A stretch of DNA of 64,000 nucleotides, taken from the sequence record MN850622.1; one strand, written 5' to 3'. This document shows, in pieces, positions 45,147-54,337 of the stretch. Position numbers and translations under genes: made by a program. Position 1 is the stretch's first letter. Every line of letters begins with the position of its first letter. The notes below the pieces were generated by a model. The model worked only from the letters and a program-made list of their open reading frames with translations, had not been told where the DNA came from and made no database searches. The DNA comes from Escherichia phage mobillu.

Positions 45147-45798
45147 TATGATTTATTATATGCACAAAAATGCGCCATTTAAATATGGTAAATTTCCTAA
45201 TGCACAATGTTATAATATAACGCCGAATGAAAATAATAACGGATACCATCTCGGTGTAATTTTTGTAATTGTTAAAGATAACGAAATAGTTGCCTGGGCA
45301 GATTTTAAAGGTACAACATATGATGTTAATCCTGTGCCTTTCACATATTACAATATAATGGATTTGGCATATGATTATAATTGGTTTAATCATGACACGT
45401 TGGCTCATATTGAAGGTGTAGGATTTGACATCTCTTATTCTAGCTATTCATTATGTCCTATGAGCCGAGCTCACGGTAAAGATGTATCATATCTTTCAAT
45501 TCGGAAACGTGTAAACTTCAAACGTAGTACAGAGTATGTTGGTGGACTCTTTGTTAAAGATAATAAAATAACCCGTATTAGTTATCCTCTAAGTGTAGGC
45601 CAAAAAGATGTTGATGTTGATTTGGACTTAACTGAAAATAACATTAATCGTATTGCTTCTGTATATTTTGATATCGATGAAAAAATTGTAGTGTGTGGAT
45701 ACGAATTACCACCTGAAGAAAAGGCCGAAGCAATTGAAGTCGAATTAGAAATTTCTGTTGATGACCAAATATTTAATGCATTTATGAATCGAGGTTAA
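45139..45798 (+). CDS. hypothetical protein
   Basis: ORF 219 aa. Confidence 0.55.
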   Translation: MNNMIYYMHKNAPFKYGKFPNAQCYNITPNENNNGYHLGVIFVIVKDNEIVAWADFKGTTYDVNPVPFTYYNIMDLAYDYNWFNHDTLAHIEGVGFDISYSSYSLCPMSRAHGKDVSYLSIRKRVNFKRSTEYVGGLFVKDNKITRISYPLSVGQKDVDVDLDLTENNINRIASVYFDIDEKIVVCGYELPPEEKAEAIEVELEISVDDQIFNAFMNRG

Positions 45799-45799
45799 A

Positions 45800-45997
45800 A
45801 TGACTACTGCAATTTGCACTGGTTCTAAAATTAGTGTTTTTACAAGTTTTGAAGATTATGAAGTTGTTTCAAAACACCAATGCCATATTAGCGTAAAAGC
45901 TAATGATGGTGTAATTTGGAATATTCCACAGTATGAAGGCACTACATATGAAGTCACAGATATAAATGGTGACAAAGCAATCTTTGTAATTGATTAA
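45800..45997 (+). CDS. hypothetical protein
   Basis: ORF 65 aa. Confidence 0.5.
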   Translation: MTTAICTGSKISVFTSFEDYEVVSKHQCHISVKANDGVIWNIPQYEGTTYEVTDINGDKAIFVID

Positions 45998-46016
45998 ATA
46001 TACTCAGGAGGTACCT

Positions 46017-46484
46017 ATGGGTATTATTAACACTGCAATAGATTCTGTTTATGCATATAAGTTTATTCGACTAATGCAAAAACCTTTTACTGAATGGAAA
46101 GCATACGAAGCCAAAATCATCGATGAACGTGGAAGTGTTCTTAAACGCCCTTCCACTCCTGAAGAGAAAGCGGCTTATACACCTTTTCATGCTTCAGTTC
46201 GTTCAATGAAGCGAATGATGAGCACTGTTCCAGGTCTTAATGGAATGGCCTCAATGATGTCTGCCTGGAGTGCTGTAGCTTCACGCTATAACATTACGGA
46301 AGAACAACAGAAAGAAATATTTAAAGAACTCCCTTTATTTGAGGATATGGTTGCTGGTGATTCAGGCGACAGTCCTCAAGCTATTGCATCAGGAACAACT
46401 ACAGGTGCAGTCGTAAATAAAGGTCCAGAACAAATTCCTTCCAAGAAAAGAAAGCGAATTAAAGTAAATATTAATAAGTTGTGA
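46017..46484 (+). CDS. hypothetical protein
   Basis: ORF 45990..46484, start placed at ATG 46017 after AGGAGG. Confidence 0.5.
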   Translation: MGIINTAIDSVYAYKFIRLMQKPFTEWKAYEAKIIDERGSVLKRPSTPEEKAAYTPFHASVRSMKRMMSTVPGLNGMASMMSAWSAVASRYNITEEQQKEIFKELPLFEDMVAGDSGDSPQAIASGTTTGAVVNKGPEQIPSKKRKRIKVNINKL

Positions 46485-46523
46485 TATGATGGCCTTATTA
46501 ATTTAAGGCCTCTGGAGAATACT

Positions 46524-47546
46524 ATGGCTGAATGGATAGATAATGAATTTGCTTATCGTGCGTTTTCTCACCTACCTCGTTTTAGACAAATCAATAATTC
46601 AAGCACATTTAAATTAACATTTCGATGTCCAGTTTGTGGCGACTCTCAGACAGATGCAATGAAAGCTCGCGGTTGGTATTATGGCGGTACTCCTGGTAAT
46701 GTACATTGCTATAACTGTCAATACCACAATACAATTTCCGGATACTTAAAGGAGTATGATGAAGAGCTTTATCGCGAATATCTAATGGAAGTTCGTAAAG
46801 AAAAAGCTAGAATGGAACCAAAGATTGAAAAGGTTCCTGAAGCTAAGCCAGAGCCAGAGAAAAAGACTATAAATTCTTTGCCGTCTTGTTCTCGTCTGGA
46901 CAAGTTGCCTGAAGAGCATCCTATTGTGAAATATGTTAAGTCTCGGTGTATTCCTAAAGAATCATGGAACAGATTATGGTTCACATTAGAATGGCCCAAA
47001 TTGGTCAACAAGATTCAACCTGGTACGTATAAGAAAGAGATTCCCGAACCACGTTTAGTGATTCCTATTTTTAATAAAGATGGTAAGGCCGAGTCATTCC
47101 AAGGACGTGCACTTCGTAAAGATGCTCCTCAGAAATATATCACTATTAAAGCGTTTGAGTCTGCAACAAAAATTTATGGTGTTGAACGTGTTAAGGAAGG
47201 GGACGTCTGGGTAATGGAAGGCCCTATTGATAGTTTATTCATACCCAATGCAATCGCTATTACAGGCGGCTCAATAGATTTAGATGTGGTACCATTTAAA
47301 GAACGTCGGGTATGGGTAATGGATAATGAACCTAGGCATCCGGATACTATAGCTCGCATGAAGCGATTAGTTGATGCAGGCGAACGTGTCATGTTCTGGG
47401 ATCGAGCTCCATGGAGATCAAAGGATGTGAATGATATGGTAATGAAAGAAAATGCAACACCACAAGAAATTTTAGAATATATGAAACAGAATATTTCAAG
47501 TGGGTTGCATGCTAAAATGAGATTATCTCGTTATTCGAAGATTTAA
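46524..47546 (+). CDS. 61: DNA primase gp61
   Basis: 340 aa; N-terminal zinc ribbon CPVCGDS...CYNC, TOPRIM segment VMEGPIDS...D.E. Confidence 0.85.
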   Translation: MAEWIDNEFAYRAFSHLPRFRQINNSSTFKLTFRCPVCGDSQTDAMKARGWYYGGTPGNVHCYNCQYHNTISGYLKEYDEELYREYLMEVRKEKARMEPKIEKVPEAKPEPEKKTINSLPSCSRLDKLPEEHPIVKYVKSRCIPKESWNRLWFTLEWPKLVNKIQPGTYKKEIPEPRLVIPIFNKDGKAESFQGRALRKDAPQKYITIKAFESATKIYGVERVKEGDVWVMEGPIDSLFIPNAIAITGGSIDLDVVPFKERRVWVMDNEPRHPDTIARMKRLVDAGERVMFWDRAPWRSKDVNDMVMKENATPQEILEYMKQNISSGLHAKMRLSRYSKI

Positions 47547-47740
47547 ACAAGCCCTATAATAGCAAAGGCCAAATCAACTACAGTATCCAATGGAACAGAA
47601 GGAACCATAACACCATGGGCAACTAACAATGGTGCAATCCCGAAGTTCCATGAAATAATGCCACCTACAACTATTGCAGCGATAGCAGTTTTCTTTTTAT
47701 TGCCTTTAATAGCGTTGATTAACGATGGAAGTTTAAACAT
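47543..47740 (-). CDS. hypothetical small membrane protein (minus strand)
   Basis: 65 aa; strong RBS TAAGGAG 5 nt upstream of ATG on minus strand; lies in a gap with no + strand ORF; two hydrophobic helices. Confidence 0.55.
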   Translation of the reverse strand: MFKLPSLINAIKGNKKKTAIAAIVVGGIISWNFGIAPLLVAHGVMVPSVPLDTVVDLAFAIIGLV

Positions 47741-47828
47741 GATATCTCCTTAGTTACCTATTATTTATTACGCTTTATAAAATTAATGTTAGAATTAACT
47801 CTCTTATACTGAATTGAAAGGAAAAATA

Positions 47829-48350
47829 ATGGCACACTTTAACGAATGTTCACAACTTATTTCTGGTGTTGATAAAGCAGAAGAAGCTTATTTTAATGCT
47901 CTGATTCACGAAGATAAAGACCCACTGCAGGTAATGCTTGATATGCAGAAATCTTTACAGGTTCGTCTGGCAAATGACAAGCCTGAACATAACAAACATC
48001 CTGATGAATTGGCCACTGCTGGCGATGTTGTTGATTGGCTGCGTAATCAGAAAGATTATATTGATGATGAATTTCGTGAACTGCTGACTTCACTTGGTGG
48101 TATGTCCAACGGTGAAAAAGCTGCCAGCTCTGTGTGGAAGCCATGGAAAGCACAACATGCTGAATATCGTAATCGTCGTATTGATGAACTGTCTCCTGAA
48201 GACCAGCTCGAAATTAAATTCGAAATGATTGATATTCTGCACTTCGTTCTGAACATGTTCCAAGGTCTGGGTCTTTCTGCCGAAGAAATCTTTAAACTGT
48301 ATTATCTGAAGAATGCTGAAAACTTTGCTCGTCAAGACCGAGGTTATTAA
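47829..48350 (+). CDS. 56: dCTP pyrophosphatase gp56 (MazG-like)
   Basis: 173 aa from ATG 47829; MAHFNEC...DPLQVMLDMQ...ETAGDVV.W...IDDEFRELLTSLG...SPEDQLEIKFE..DI.HFVLNMF.GLG...EEIFKLYYLKN.ENFARQDRGY matches T4 gp56 as I recall it. Confidence 0.85.
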   Translation: MAHFNECSQLISGVDKAEEAYFNALIHEDKDPLQVMLDMQKSLQVRLANDKPEHNKHPDELATAGDVVDWLRNQKDYIDDEFRELLTSLGGMSNGEKAASSVWKPWKAQHAEYRNRRIDELSPEDQLEIKFEMIDILHFVLNMFQGLGLSAEEIFKLYYLKNAENFARQDRGY

Positions 48351-48523
48351 TGGCTCGTTTAAATAAACGTCAGCTTAAGAAAGCTCATAAGAAACGTATT
48401 GACCAACTATTTAAAAATGATAACAGTGAGCTTATTTGTAAGCTCCTGTCTAATCAGCTTCAGCATGTTAGTCAATTATCAGACCATCTACATATGGTTG
48501 ATTGGGTTGCAAATGAAACTTGA
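48350..48523 (+). CDS. hypothetical basic small protein (57 aa)
   Basis: TAATG coupling with gene 56 stop; below ORF-track cutoff. Confidence 0.4.
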   Translation: MARLNKRQLKKAHKKRIDQLFKNDNSELICKLLSNQLQHVSQLSDHLHMVDWVANET

Positions 48524-48737
48524 TTTTTATGCATGGCAAAAAGCCGGGAGACCGGCTAATAAAGCATTCGGCTCTGATGGATATAATACTAGACTCCACT
48601 GGAAATTTAATACTCCAGATGATTATTCTCCGGTAATAATTAACGGTGATGTTGTTATATTAGCTAAATTCGGATATTTTATTGTACCGAAGAAATTCAT
48701 TATAAATACACCTGTAACTAAACAACAAAGGAGTTAA
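48513..48737 (+). CDS. hypothetical small protein
   Basis: ORF 48399..48737 in other frame; start placed at ATG 48513; alternative longer form would have hydrophobic N-terminus. Confidence 0.35.
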   Translation: MKLDFYAWQKAGRPANKAFGSDGYNTRLHWKFNTPDDYSPVIINGDVVILAKFGYFIVPKKFIINTPVTKQQRS

Positions 48738-48739
48738 TT

Positions 48740-48976
48740 ATGGGTGGTTATGTAAACATCAAAACCTTTACGCATCCTGCTGGTGAAGGTAAAGAAGTTA
48801 AAGGTATGGAAGTTTCTGTGCCGTTTGAGATTTATTCAAACGAACATCGGATTGCAGATTCTCATTACCAAATCTTTCCATCAGAAAAGGCAGCTTATTC
48901 TACTGTAGTTTCTGATGCAGCTGACTGGAAAACTAAGAACGCTGCAATGTTTACCCCTACACCAGTAAGTGGTTAA
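48740..48976 (+). CDS. soc: small outer capsid protein Soc
   Basis: 78 aa; GYVNIKTF...HYQ.FPSEKAAYSTV matches T4 Soc as I recall it. Confidence 0.75.
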   Translation: MGGYVNIKTFTHPAGEGKEVKGMEVSVPFEIYSNEHRIADSHYQIFPSEKAAYSTVVSDAADWKTKNAAMFTPTPVSG

Positions 48977-48984
48977 ATAATTTA

Positions 48985-49010
48985 AGGAATCCTTCGGGAT
49001 TCCTTTTTTT
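48985..49010 (+). terminator. rho-independent terminator
   Basis: AGGAATCC-TTCG-GGATTCCT followed by TTTTTTT. Confidence 0.8.
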
Positions 49011-49019
49011 GTTTCTACA

Positions 49020-49052
49020 GTTTACAACAACTAAAAACTGTGTTAAGATATT
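49020..49052 (+). promoter_or_regulatory. candidate early promoter
   Basis: GTTTAC 49020-49025, TG-TTAAGAT. Confidence 0.4.
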
Positions 49053-49077
49053 TTTACTTACTCAAGAGGAGAACAAT

Positions 49078-49305
49078 ATGTTAAATCGTTGGATTAAACC
49101 TAATAACACATTAGGTGCTTTGATTGCTCAAGAAGTTTCGTTGAAATACGGTCTTGGATATTACGATGATGTAGTCGTACACTCATTCATGATGGATGGT
49201 GAAGACGTCAAATTTAATGTCGAAATCCGTTGGGATGATGGTGGTGTTCGTTTTGTTCGAGGAACAATTAATGCTTACGATACTGAAGAAGTTGTTTGCT
49301 GTTAA
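49078..49305 (+). CDS. hypothetical protein
   Basis: ORF 49009..49305, start placed at ATG 49078 after GAGGAG. Confidence 0.5.
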   Translation: MLNRWIKPNNTLGALIAQEVSLKYGLGYYDDVVVHSFMMDGEDVKFNVEIRWDDGGVRFVRGTINAYDTEEVVCC

Positions 49306-49318
49306 GCCAGGCGAAGGT

Positions 49319-49519
49319 ATGATGCCTATTCCTGATACACACGAAAAAAGTTGGGAATATATCGGTGACGGCATGATGGAAGAAGTTGTTCGTCCAAAAA
49401 CAAAACATGTTAATGCTTCAAGCTCTTCAAGTTATAATCATTCATACGTATCGTCTTGGCCTGGTGATTCTGGGTCAAGTTATTCTGATTGTGGTTCAAG
49501 CTCAGGGAGCTGCGAATGA
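49319..49519 (+). CDS. hypothetical Ser-rich small protein
   Basis: ORF 49196..49519, start placed at ATG 49319; low-complexity Ser/Gly C-terminus. Confidence 0.35.
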   Translation: MMPIPDTHEKSWEYIGDGMMEEVVRPKTKHVNASSSSSYNHSYVSSWPGDSGSSYSDCGSSSGSCE

Positions 49520-49695
49520 ACAAGATAGTTAAATGGTTTAAAAGCTGGGACGATGGTGTCGGTCCGGAAGATTGGCTGGATGTTCTTGAAGAGAATATGG
49601 CTAAAGAATTCCAGAAACATGAAGAAAAGCTCGTCGAAGATGAAGGCGAACGTATTGTAAAACTTTATATGGGTGAACCATCGAGGAAATTATAA
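49516..49695 (+). CDS. hypothetical small protein
   Basis: ORF 49489..49695, start placed at ATG 49516 (ATGA coupling). Confidence 0.4.
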   Translation: MNKIVKWFKSWDDGVGPEDWLDVLEENMAKEFQKHEEKLVEDEGERIVKLYMGEPSRKL

Positions 49696-50159
49696 TGGAT
49701 GCTATGCTATTTAAAATGTATTTGCTTGAAGCCAAGTCATTTAAACATATACCAGTGGAAGATAAGACTCCACTAGAAATAGCTATTCTCATTAACAAAA
49801 GTCTAAATAATCCGCAATATATCGTAGAAGAATTCTGCAAATTGCAGATTCCTAAAGGTTACAAAATTCGTGTAGAGCGAGTTGGAGCTATTACTCGTTC
49901 TAAAAATTCTCCGTTTAGTCTTGAAGAAGGCATAAAGGACTTAGGTTATGAATCTACGGAAAATGCCGTTTATGCGAATCCTGAAAAGCGTTTAGACTTG
50001 TTTGAAAAGCGAGACCACAAGTATTTTGCCAAAAAATACTTTATTACATCATTAGCAGATTTAATCCATTTGCAACGAGCTATTTGGAAATTTTTTAAGA
50101 CAAAAGGTGTAGCGCTAGAAACATTCTCCGAGCAGCCTAGTTTTTATTTAGGTGAATAA
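49695..50159 (+). CDS. hypothetical protein
   Basis: ORF 154 aa. Confidence 0.55.
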   Translation: MDAMLFKMYLLEAKSFKHIPVEDKTPLEIAILINKSLNNPQYIVEEFCKLQIPKGYKIRVERVGAITRSKNSPFSLEEGIKDLGYESTENAVYANPEKRLDLFEKRDHKYFAKKYFITSLADLIHLQRAIWKFFKTKGVALETFSEQPSFYLGE

Positions 50160-50160
50160 T

Positions 50161-50340
50161 ATGGACCTTATGAGTATGTTTGACGAGCCTGAAGTTGAGG
50201 CTCCTAAAGTGCATCGTAGTGAACTTGTTGATGAACTAGATAGTATTATACAGCGTCATGGCTTTAGTTTACCATTAGATGTCCTGAAAGACCTCGCCTC
50301 TTATTATGATGACCCTCCACCATGGAGTCCATGGAAATGA
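50161..50340 (+). CDS. hypothetical acidic small protein
   Basis: ORF 50152..50340 starts with GTG in track; ATG 50161 preferred. Confidence 0.45.
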   Translation: MDLMSMFDEPEVEAPKVHRSELVDELDSIIQRHGFSLPLDVLKDLASYYDDPPPWSPWK

Positions 50341-50501
50341 AAGAGAAATTGAAAGAGAAATTCTTACTAGAAATCAAGGAAAAAGACTTTGAGACATGGT
50401 ATCGAATGGTGAAAGGGTTGACATTGCTTTTTAAAGCATCCTTATTCATGTTAGAACAACCTGGCCCTGATGGACCTTTAGTAGGAAAGCTTAAAAAGTA
50501 G
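50337..50501 (+). CDS. hypothetical small protein (54 aa)
   Basis: ATGA coupling with upstream stop; below ORF-track cutoff. Confidence 0.35.
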   Translation: MKEKLKEKFLLEIKEKDFETWYRMVKGLTLLFKASLFMLEQPGPDGPLVGKLKK

Positions 50502-50535
50502 TTTACATTCCCTCCTCTCGTGTTATGATAGGCTT
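50501..50535 (+). promoter_or_regulatory. candidate early promoter
   Basis: GTTTAC 50501-50506, TG-TTATGATAGG. Confidence 0.45.
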
Positions 50536-50556
50536 ATCTTTAAATGGAGGTCTATC

Positions 50557-51138
50557 ATGACATGTCAATCTGAACTTCAAGAACGTGAATACCTAACAAA
50601 TCTGATTGATAGCAAATTCACCCACCAAGAACAAAACATTCTCTGGGCTTGCACCGATTCTAAGGAAGACCCGGATTTCCACTATGAATTAGACCATCTT
50701 GTTCGTAAGCATATGACTTCTACAGTACCAGTAGAACTCTACCGTGGTGTAACTCCAGAAGAAGTAGAACGTCTTTCACTTCTTTCTGTTGGTTGCCATT
50801 GGTCTCCTGGACGAGTAACATCGTTCACAACTGATTTCAGTACAGCTCGTCAATTCTCCGGGAGATGGGAATATCAGACGTACACTATTCTTAGTCTCAG
50901 GAATGCTCCATTCATTTTTGATTACTACCAAAACATGATTAACATTGTACTCGCCGGAAAGAACCCTAAGCATGTTATGGAAGAAACGCGTGTTGACGTC
51001 CTAGATATGATTGAATCTGAACAAGAGTACATGGTCTCAGGTATCTCTAGATTTGAGATTGTGGAAATTGAAGACTTAGAATATGACCCTTTATCTCGAT
51101 TATACAAAATCATTCATTTGAAAATGTTGAATTTTTAG
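50557..51138 (+). CDS. modB: ADP-ribosyltransferase (ModB-like)
   Basis: 193 aa; R-S-E triad: LYRG, TSFTT (STS-type), EQEYMV; tandem with second ART. Confidence 0.65.
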   Translation: MTCQSELQEREYLTNLIDSKFTHQEQNILWACTDSKEDPDFHYELDHLVRKHMTSTVPVELYRGVTPEEVERLSLLSVGCHWSPGRVTSFTTDFSTARQFSGRWEYQTYTILSLRNAPFIFDYYQNMINIVLAGKNPKHVMEETRVDVLDMIESEQEYMVSGISRFEIVEIEDLEYDPLSRLYKIIHLKMLNF

Positions 51139-51196
51139 TGTACAAACTCTTCCAATGATGATACTATTACCTTTATCAACCACAGGAGAAACCTAA

Positions 51197-51805
51197 ATGT
51201 TTATGCCGTATAACGAGTGTGAAATTGAAGAAATTGTTCGTCGTGCTCAAAACCCCGAATATCAAGATGTATTGCAGTACGAAATTGATAGTCAATTCAG
51301 CGACATTGAACAAAGTGTACTGTGGCAGTGTATGGAAAACAAGCCAGACTGTATTCAACAGGAGTTAAGTTCAATCGTTCGTAGAAATTGGACGTCTTCT
51401 GTTCCTGAGACAATGTATCGTGGAATCTCTAAGAAAACTATGGCCGCACTCGATGATAAAGGCATTGGTAGTATTATTAAATTTGACAGAGTAATGAGCT
51501 TCAGCCCAGTGTTCGGTGTAGCACGTAACTTTGCTTCGTATAATTTTTACGGAACATTTAATATGTTCTGCATCAAAGATGCACCATTTGCTTTCAACTT
51601 CCGTGAACATATGCTTAACATGATTCTGGCTGCGCCATCTTGTGAGTTCAATGGAGCTTTCCCTGAAGCGACAAGACGGTCTAATGCTAGACTTATATCC
51701 GACGAATGTGAATTTATGCTCCCTATAGGGACTACACTGCGTGTAGATTCTATTATTCAAGATGGACGTTATACAATCTGGAATCTGTCTATTGTCAGTT
51801 ACTGA
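51197..51805 (+). CDS. modA: ADP-ribosyltransferase (ModA-like)
   Basis: 202 aa; MYRG, MSFSP, DECEFML triad elements. Confidence 0.65.
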   Translation: MFMPYNECEIEEIVRRAQNPEYQDVLQYEIDSQFSDIEQSVLWQCMENKPDCIQQELSSIVRRNWTSSVPETMYRGISKKTMAALDDKGIGSIIKFDRVMSFSPVFGVARNFASYNFYGTFNMFCIKDAPFAFNFREHMLNMILAAPSCEFNGAFPEATRRSNARLISDECEFMLPIGTTLRVDSIIQDGRYTIWNLSIVSY

Positions 51806-51957
51806 CTGAATTGGAATAACCGGATGGAACTCAGAACCATTATAACACATAAAAAATTAAAGCATTTTACGAAAAAAGAGTGTACACTACCTGAGGGCAT
51901 GATATTATAAGCTTATCAGCTAAATGACTTAACGTCCGTAAGACAGAGGAAAATATT

Positions 51958-52704
51958 ATGTTATCAAATAATAAAATTAACAAAATCAATCGTCGTCTTG
52001 ACCACACCAGAGCTTCTGCGAAGAGACGCTCTAAGGATTTTAACTTAGACTTTAATTACCTTAAAAACATTCTTGATCAAAAGGTCTGCGCTTACTCAGG
52101 TGAATCTTTCAATAACTCTGTTGAAGGTGAGAAATTATCCTTAGAACGTTTTAATAACGATATCGGCTACATTAAAGGTAATGTTATCCCGGTTAAGAAA
52201 AAATATAACACGGCTCGTTCTGATTTAACATTAGAAGAACTTATTGAGAAACGTGACGCTGTTGCAAGACGTATCGCTAATCCTTCTGCCCGTAAAGTAG
52301 AGAAACTTAATCTCGACGAGAAGAAATGGGCCCAAATTAAAAAGGTTTATGATACTATTTTAAAAATCCGAGCAAAACGTGAAAATCGTGTTAAGCATAT
52401 GGCGAACATGATGAAAAATCAACCTTTATCTAACGAATCTAAACTTAGAATTGTTGCTTTGAAAGCACGCATTAATGGCTCACATCAAGCAGAAGGCCAT
52501 GAACTTACTAAACTCAACGTTCTTCTTAAAGGCTCTGACTGGAAAACTAAAACTAAATTAACTGACGCTGAATCGCTTTTCGATACATATGATAAAGTTA
52601 TCCAAGGTCTGCAACGCTTTGAAAAGATTGGTTTCATTGGTAAATTAAAATTGAAACGTGGCTTACCACTTAGCGCATCATTATTCCAACTGATTAAAGG
52701 TTAA
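51958..52704 (+). CDS. hypothetical basic protein (srd position)
   Basis: 248 aa; position corresponds to T4 srd between modA and dda. Confidence 0.5.
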   Translation: MLSNNKINKINRRLDHTRASAKRRSKDFNLDFNYLKNILDQKVCAYSGESFNNSVEGEKLSLERFNNDIGYIKGNVIPVKKKYNTARSDLTLEELIEKRDAVARRIANPSARKVEKLNLDEKKWAQIKKVYDTILKIRAKRENRVKHMANMMKNQPLSNESKLRIVALKARINGSHQAEGHELTKLNVLLKGSDWKTKTKLTDAESLFDTYDKVIQGLQRFEKIGFIGKLKLKRGLPLSASLFQLIKG

Positions 52705-52706
52705 TT

Positions 52707-53018
52707 ATGGTTTATGTATATGCAATAGTTTATCGAGATATGGAAGGATTTACCGTCCCGGTTCCACTTGATGAGCATCGTCCTGCAGTATTTTTTAGAA
52801 AGGATATTGCAGATAAAGTTTTCGATACTTTGAAAACACAGTATAAAACAGATTTAAAAATGGGAGTTCTAAGAATGGTCGAAACTCCGCGTAAGTTCTG
52901 GTTTAATAAGCTTGAAATGAAACACGTTAAACTAGATGCGGAGACGCAAAGATTGTATCAACGAATCCTGGACACAGGCCGTATTGTTAGTATTCCAATT
53001 GCAGGGACTTTACGATGA
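52707..53018 (+). CDS. hypothetical protein (dda.1 position)
   Basis: ORF 103 aa. Confidence 0.5.
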   Translation: MVYVYAIVYRDMEGFTVPVPLDEHRPAVFFRKDIADKVFDTLKTQYKTDLKMGVLRMVETPRKFWFNKLEMKHVKLDAETQRLYQRILDTGRIVSIPIAGTLR

Positions 53019-54328
53019 CATTTGATGATTTGACTGAAGGCCAGAAAAACGCCTTCAACGTTGTTATGGAAGCTATTAAAGAAAAGAAACATCACGTAAC
53101 TATTAATGGGCCTGCTGGTACAGGTAAAACAACCCTTACTAGATTTATTGTTGAAGCTCTTATTTCTTCAGGAGAATCAGGTATTATTTTAGCAGCCCCT
53201 ACACATGCTGCTAAAAAGGTTCTAAGCAAACTTGCGGGTCAAGAAGCATCGACTATTCATAGCATTCTTAAAATCAACCCAACTACATACGAAGAAAACG
53301 TATTGTTTGAACAGAAAAAGGTTCCCGACTTAGCCTTGTGCCGTGTACTGTTATTTGATGAAGCGTCAATGTGTGACCGTTCTCTGTTTAAAATAATGTT
53401 AGCTAGTATCCCTAAATGGTGTACAGTAATTGGAATTGGTGACCGATGCCAGATTCGTCCAGTAGACCCAGGTGAATCAACTGCGTATCTAAGTCCTTTC
53501 TTCACTCACAAAGACTTTGTGCAATGCAACCTTACAGAAGTTAAACGTAGCAATGCACCAATTATTGATGTTGCGACTGATATTCGTAATGGCAAATGGA
53601 TTTACGATAAAGTAGTTGATGGACACGGTGTTCATGGATATACAGACCTTAAATCGTATATGATGAACTATTTTAACGTTGTTAAAACTCCTGAAGACCT
53701 TTTCGAAAATCGAATGATGGCATTCACAAATAAGTCGGTGGACAAGTTAAATTCAATTATTCGCCGAAAACTTCTTGAAACAGAAAAACCATTTATTAAA
53801 GACGAAGTCATTGTTCTACAAGAGCCATTTACTAAGACATATAAGCTAGATGGTAAAAATATGACCGAAATGCTTTTCAATAACGGGCAATTCGTTCGTA
53901 TTCGAGATGCTGTAGAAACGTCTACATTCGTTAAAGCACGTGGTGTTTCAGGCGAATATATGATACGATACTGGAATCTTACAGTAGAAACATATGGGGA
54001 TGATGAAGAATACATCCGCGAAGATATAAAGGTTATTTCTTCTGAAGAAGAGCTTTATAAATTCAATTTGTTTTTGGCTAAGACCGCAGAAACATACAAA
54101 TTTTGGAATAAAGGTGGTAAAGCCCCATGGAGCGAATTCTGGGATGCTAAACGCATGTTCACTAAGGTGAAGGCACTACCTGTATCAACCTTCCATAAGG
54201 CCCAGGGTATATCTGTTGACACGGCCTTTGTTTATACACCGTGTATCCATTATGCCGATTCAGAATTAGCCAAACAATTACTATATGTCGGCACGACTCG
54301 TGGTCGTTTTGACGTCCATTTTATTTGA
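53015..54328 (+). CDS. dda: SF1 DNA helicase Dda
   Basis: 437 aa; Walker A GPAGTGKTT, Walker B LLFDEASM; N-terminus MTFDDLTEGQKNAFN matches T4 Dda as I recall it. Confidence 0.9.
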   Translation: MTFDDLTEGQKNAFNVVMEAIKEKKHHVTINGPAGTGKTTLTRFIVEALISSGESGIILAAPTHAAKKVLSKLAGQEASTIHSILKINPTTYEENVLFEQKKVPDLALCRVLLFDEASMCDRSLFKIMLASIPKWCTVIGIGDRCQIRPVDPGESTAYLSPFFTHKDFVQCNLTEVKRSNAPIIDVATDIRNGKWIYDKVVDGHGVHGYTDLKSYMMNYFNVVKTPEDLFENRMMAFTNKSVDKLNSIIRRKLLETEKPFIKDEVIVLQEPFTKTYKLDGKNMTEMLFNNGQFVRIRDAVETSTFVKARGVSGEYMIRYWNLTVETYGDDEEYIREDIKVISSEEELYKFNLFLAKTAETYKFWNKGGKAPWSEFWDAKRMFTKVKALPVSTFHKAQGISVDTAFVYTPCIHYADSELAKQLLYVGTTRGRFDVHFI

Positions 54329-54337
54329 GAGAAAATT

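Noticed and set aside
51371-51850. 159-aa minus-strand ORF
   Set aside because: Antisense to the ModA-like ADP-ribosyltransferase gene whose catalytic motifs support the + strand frame.
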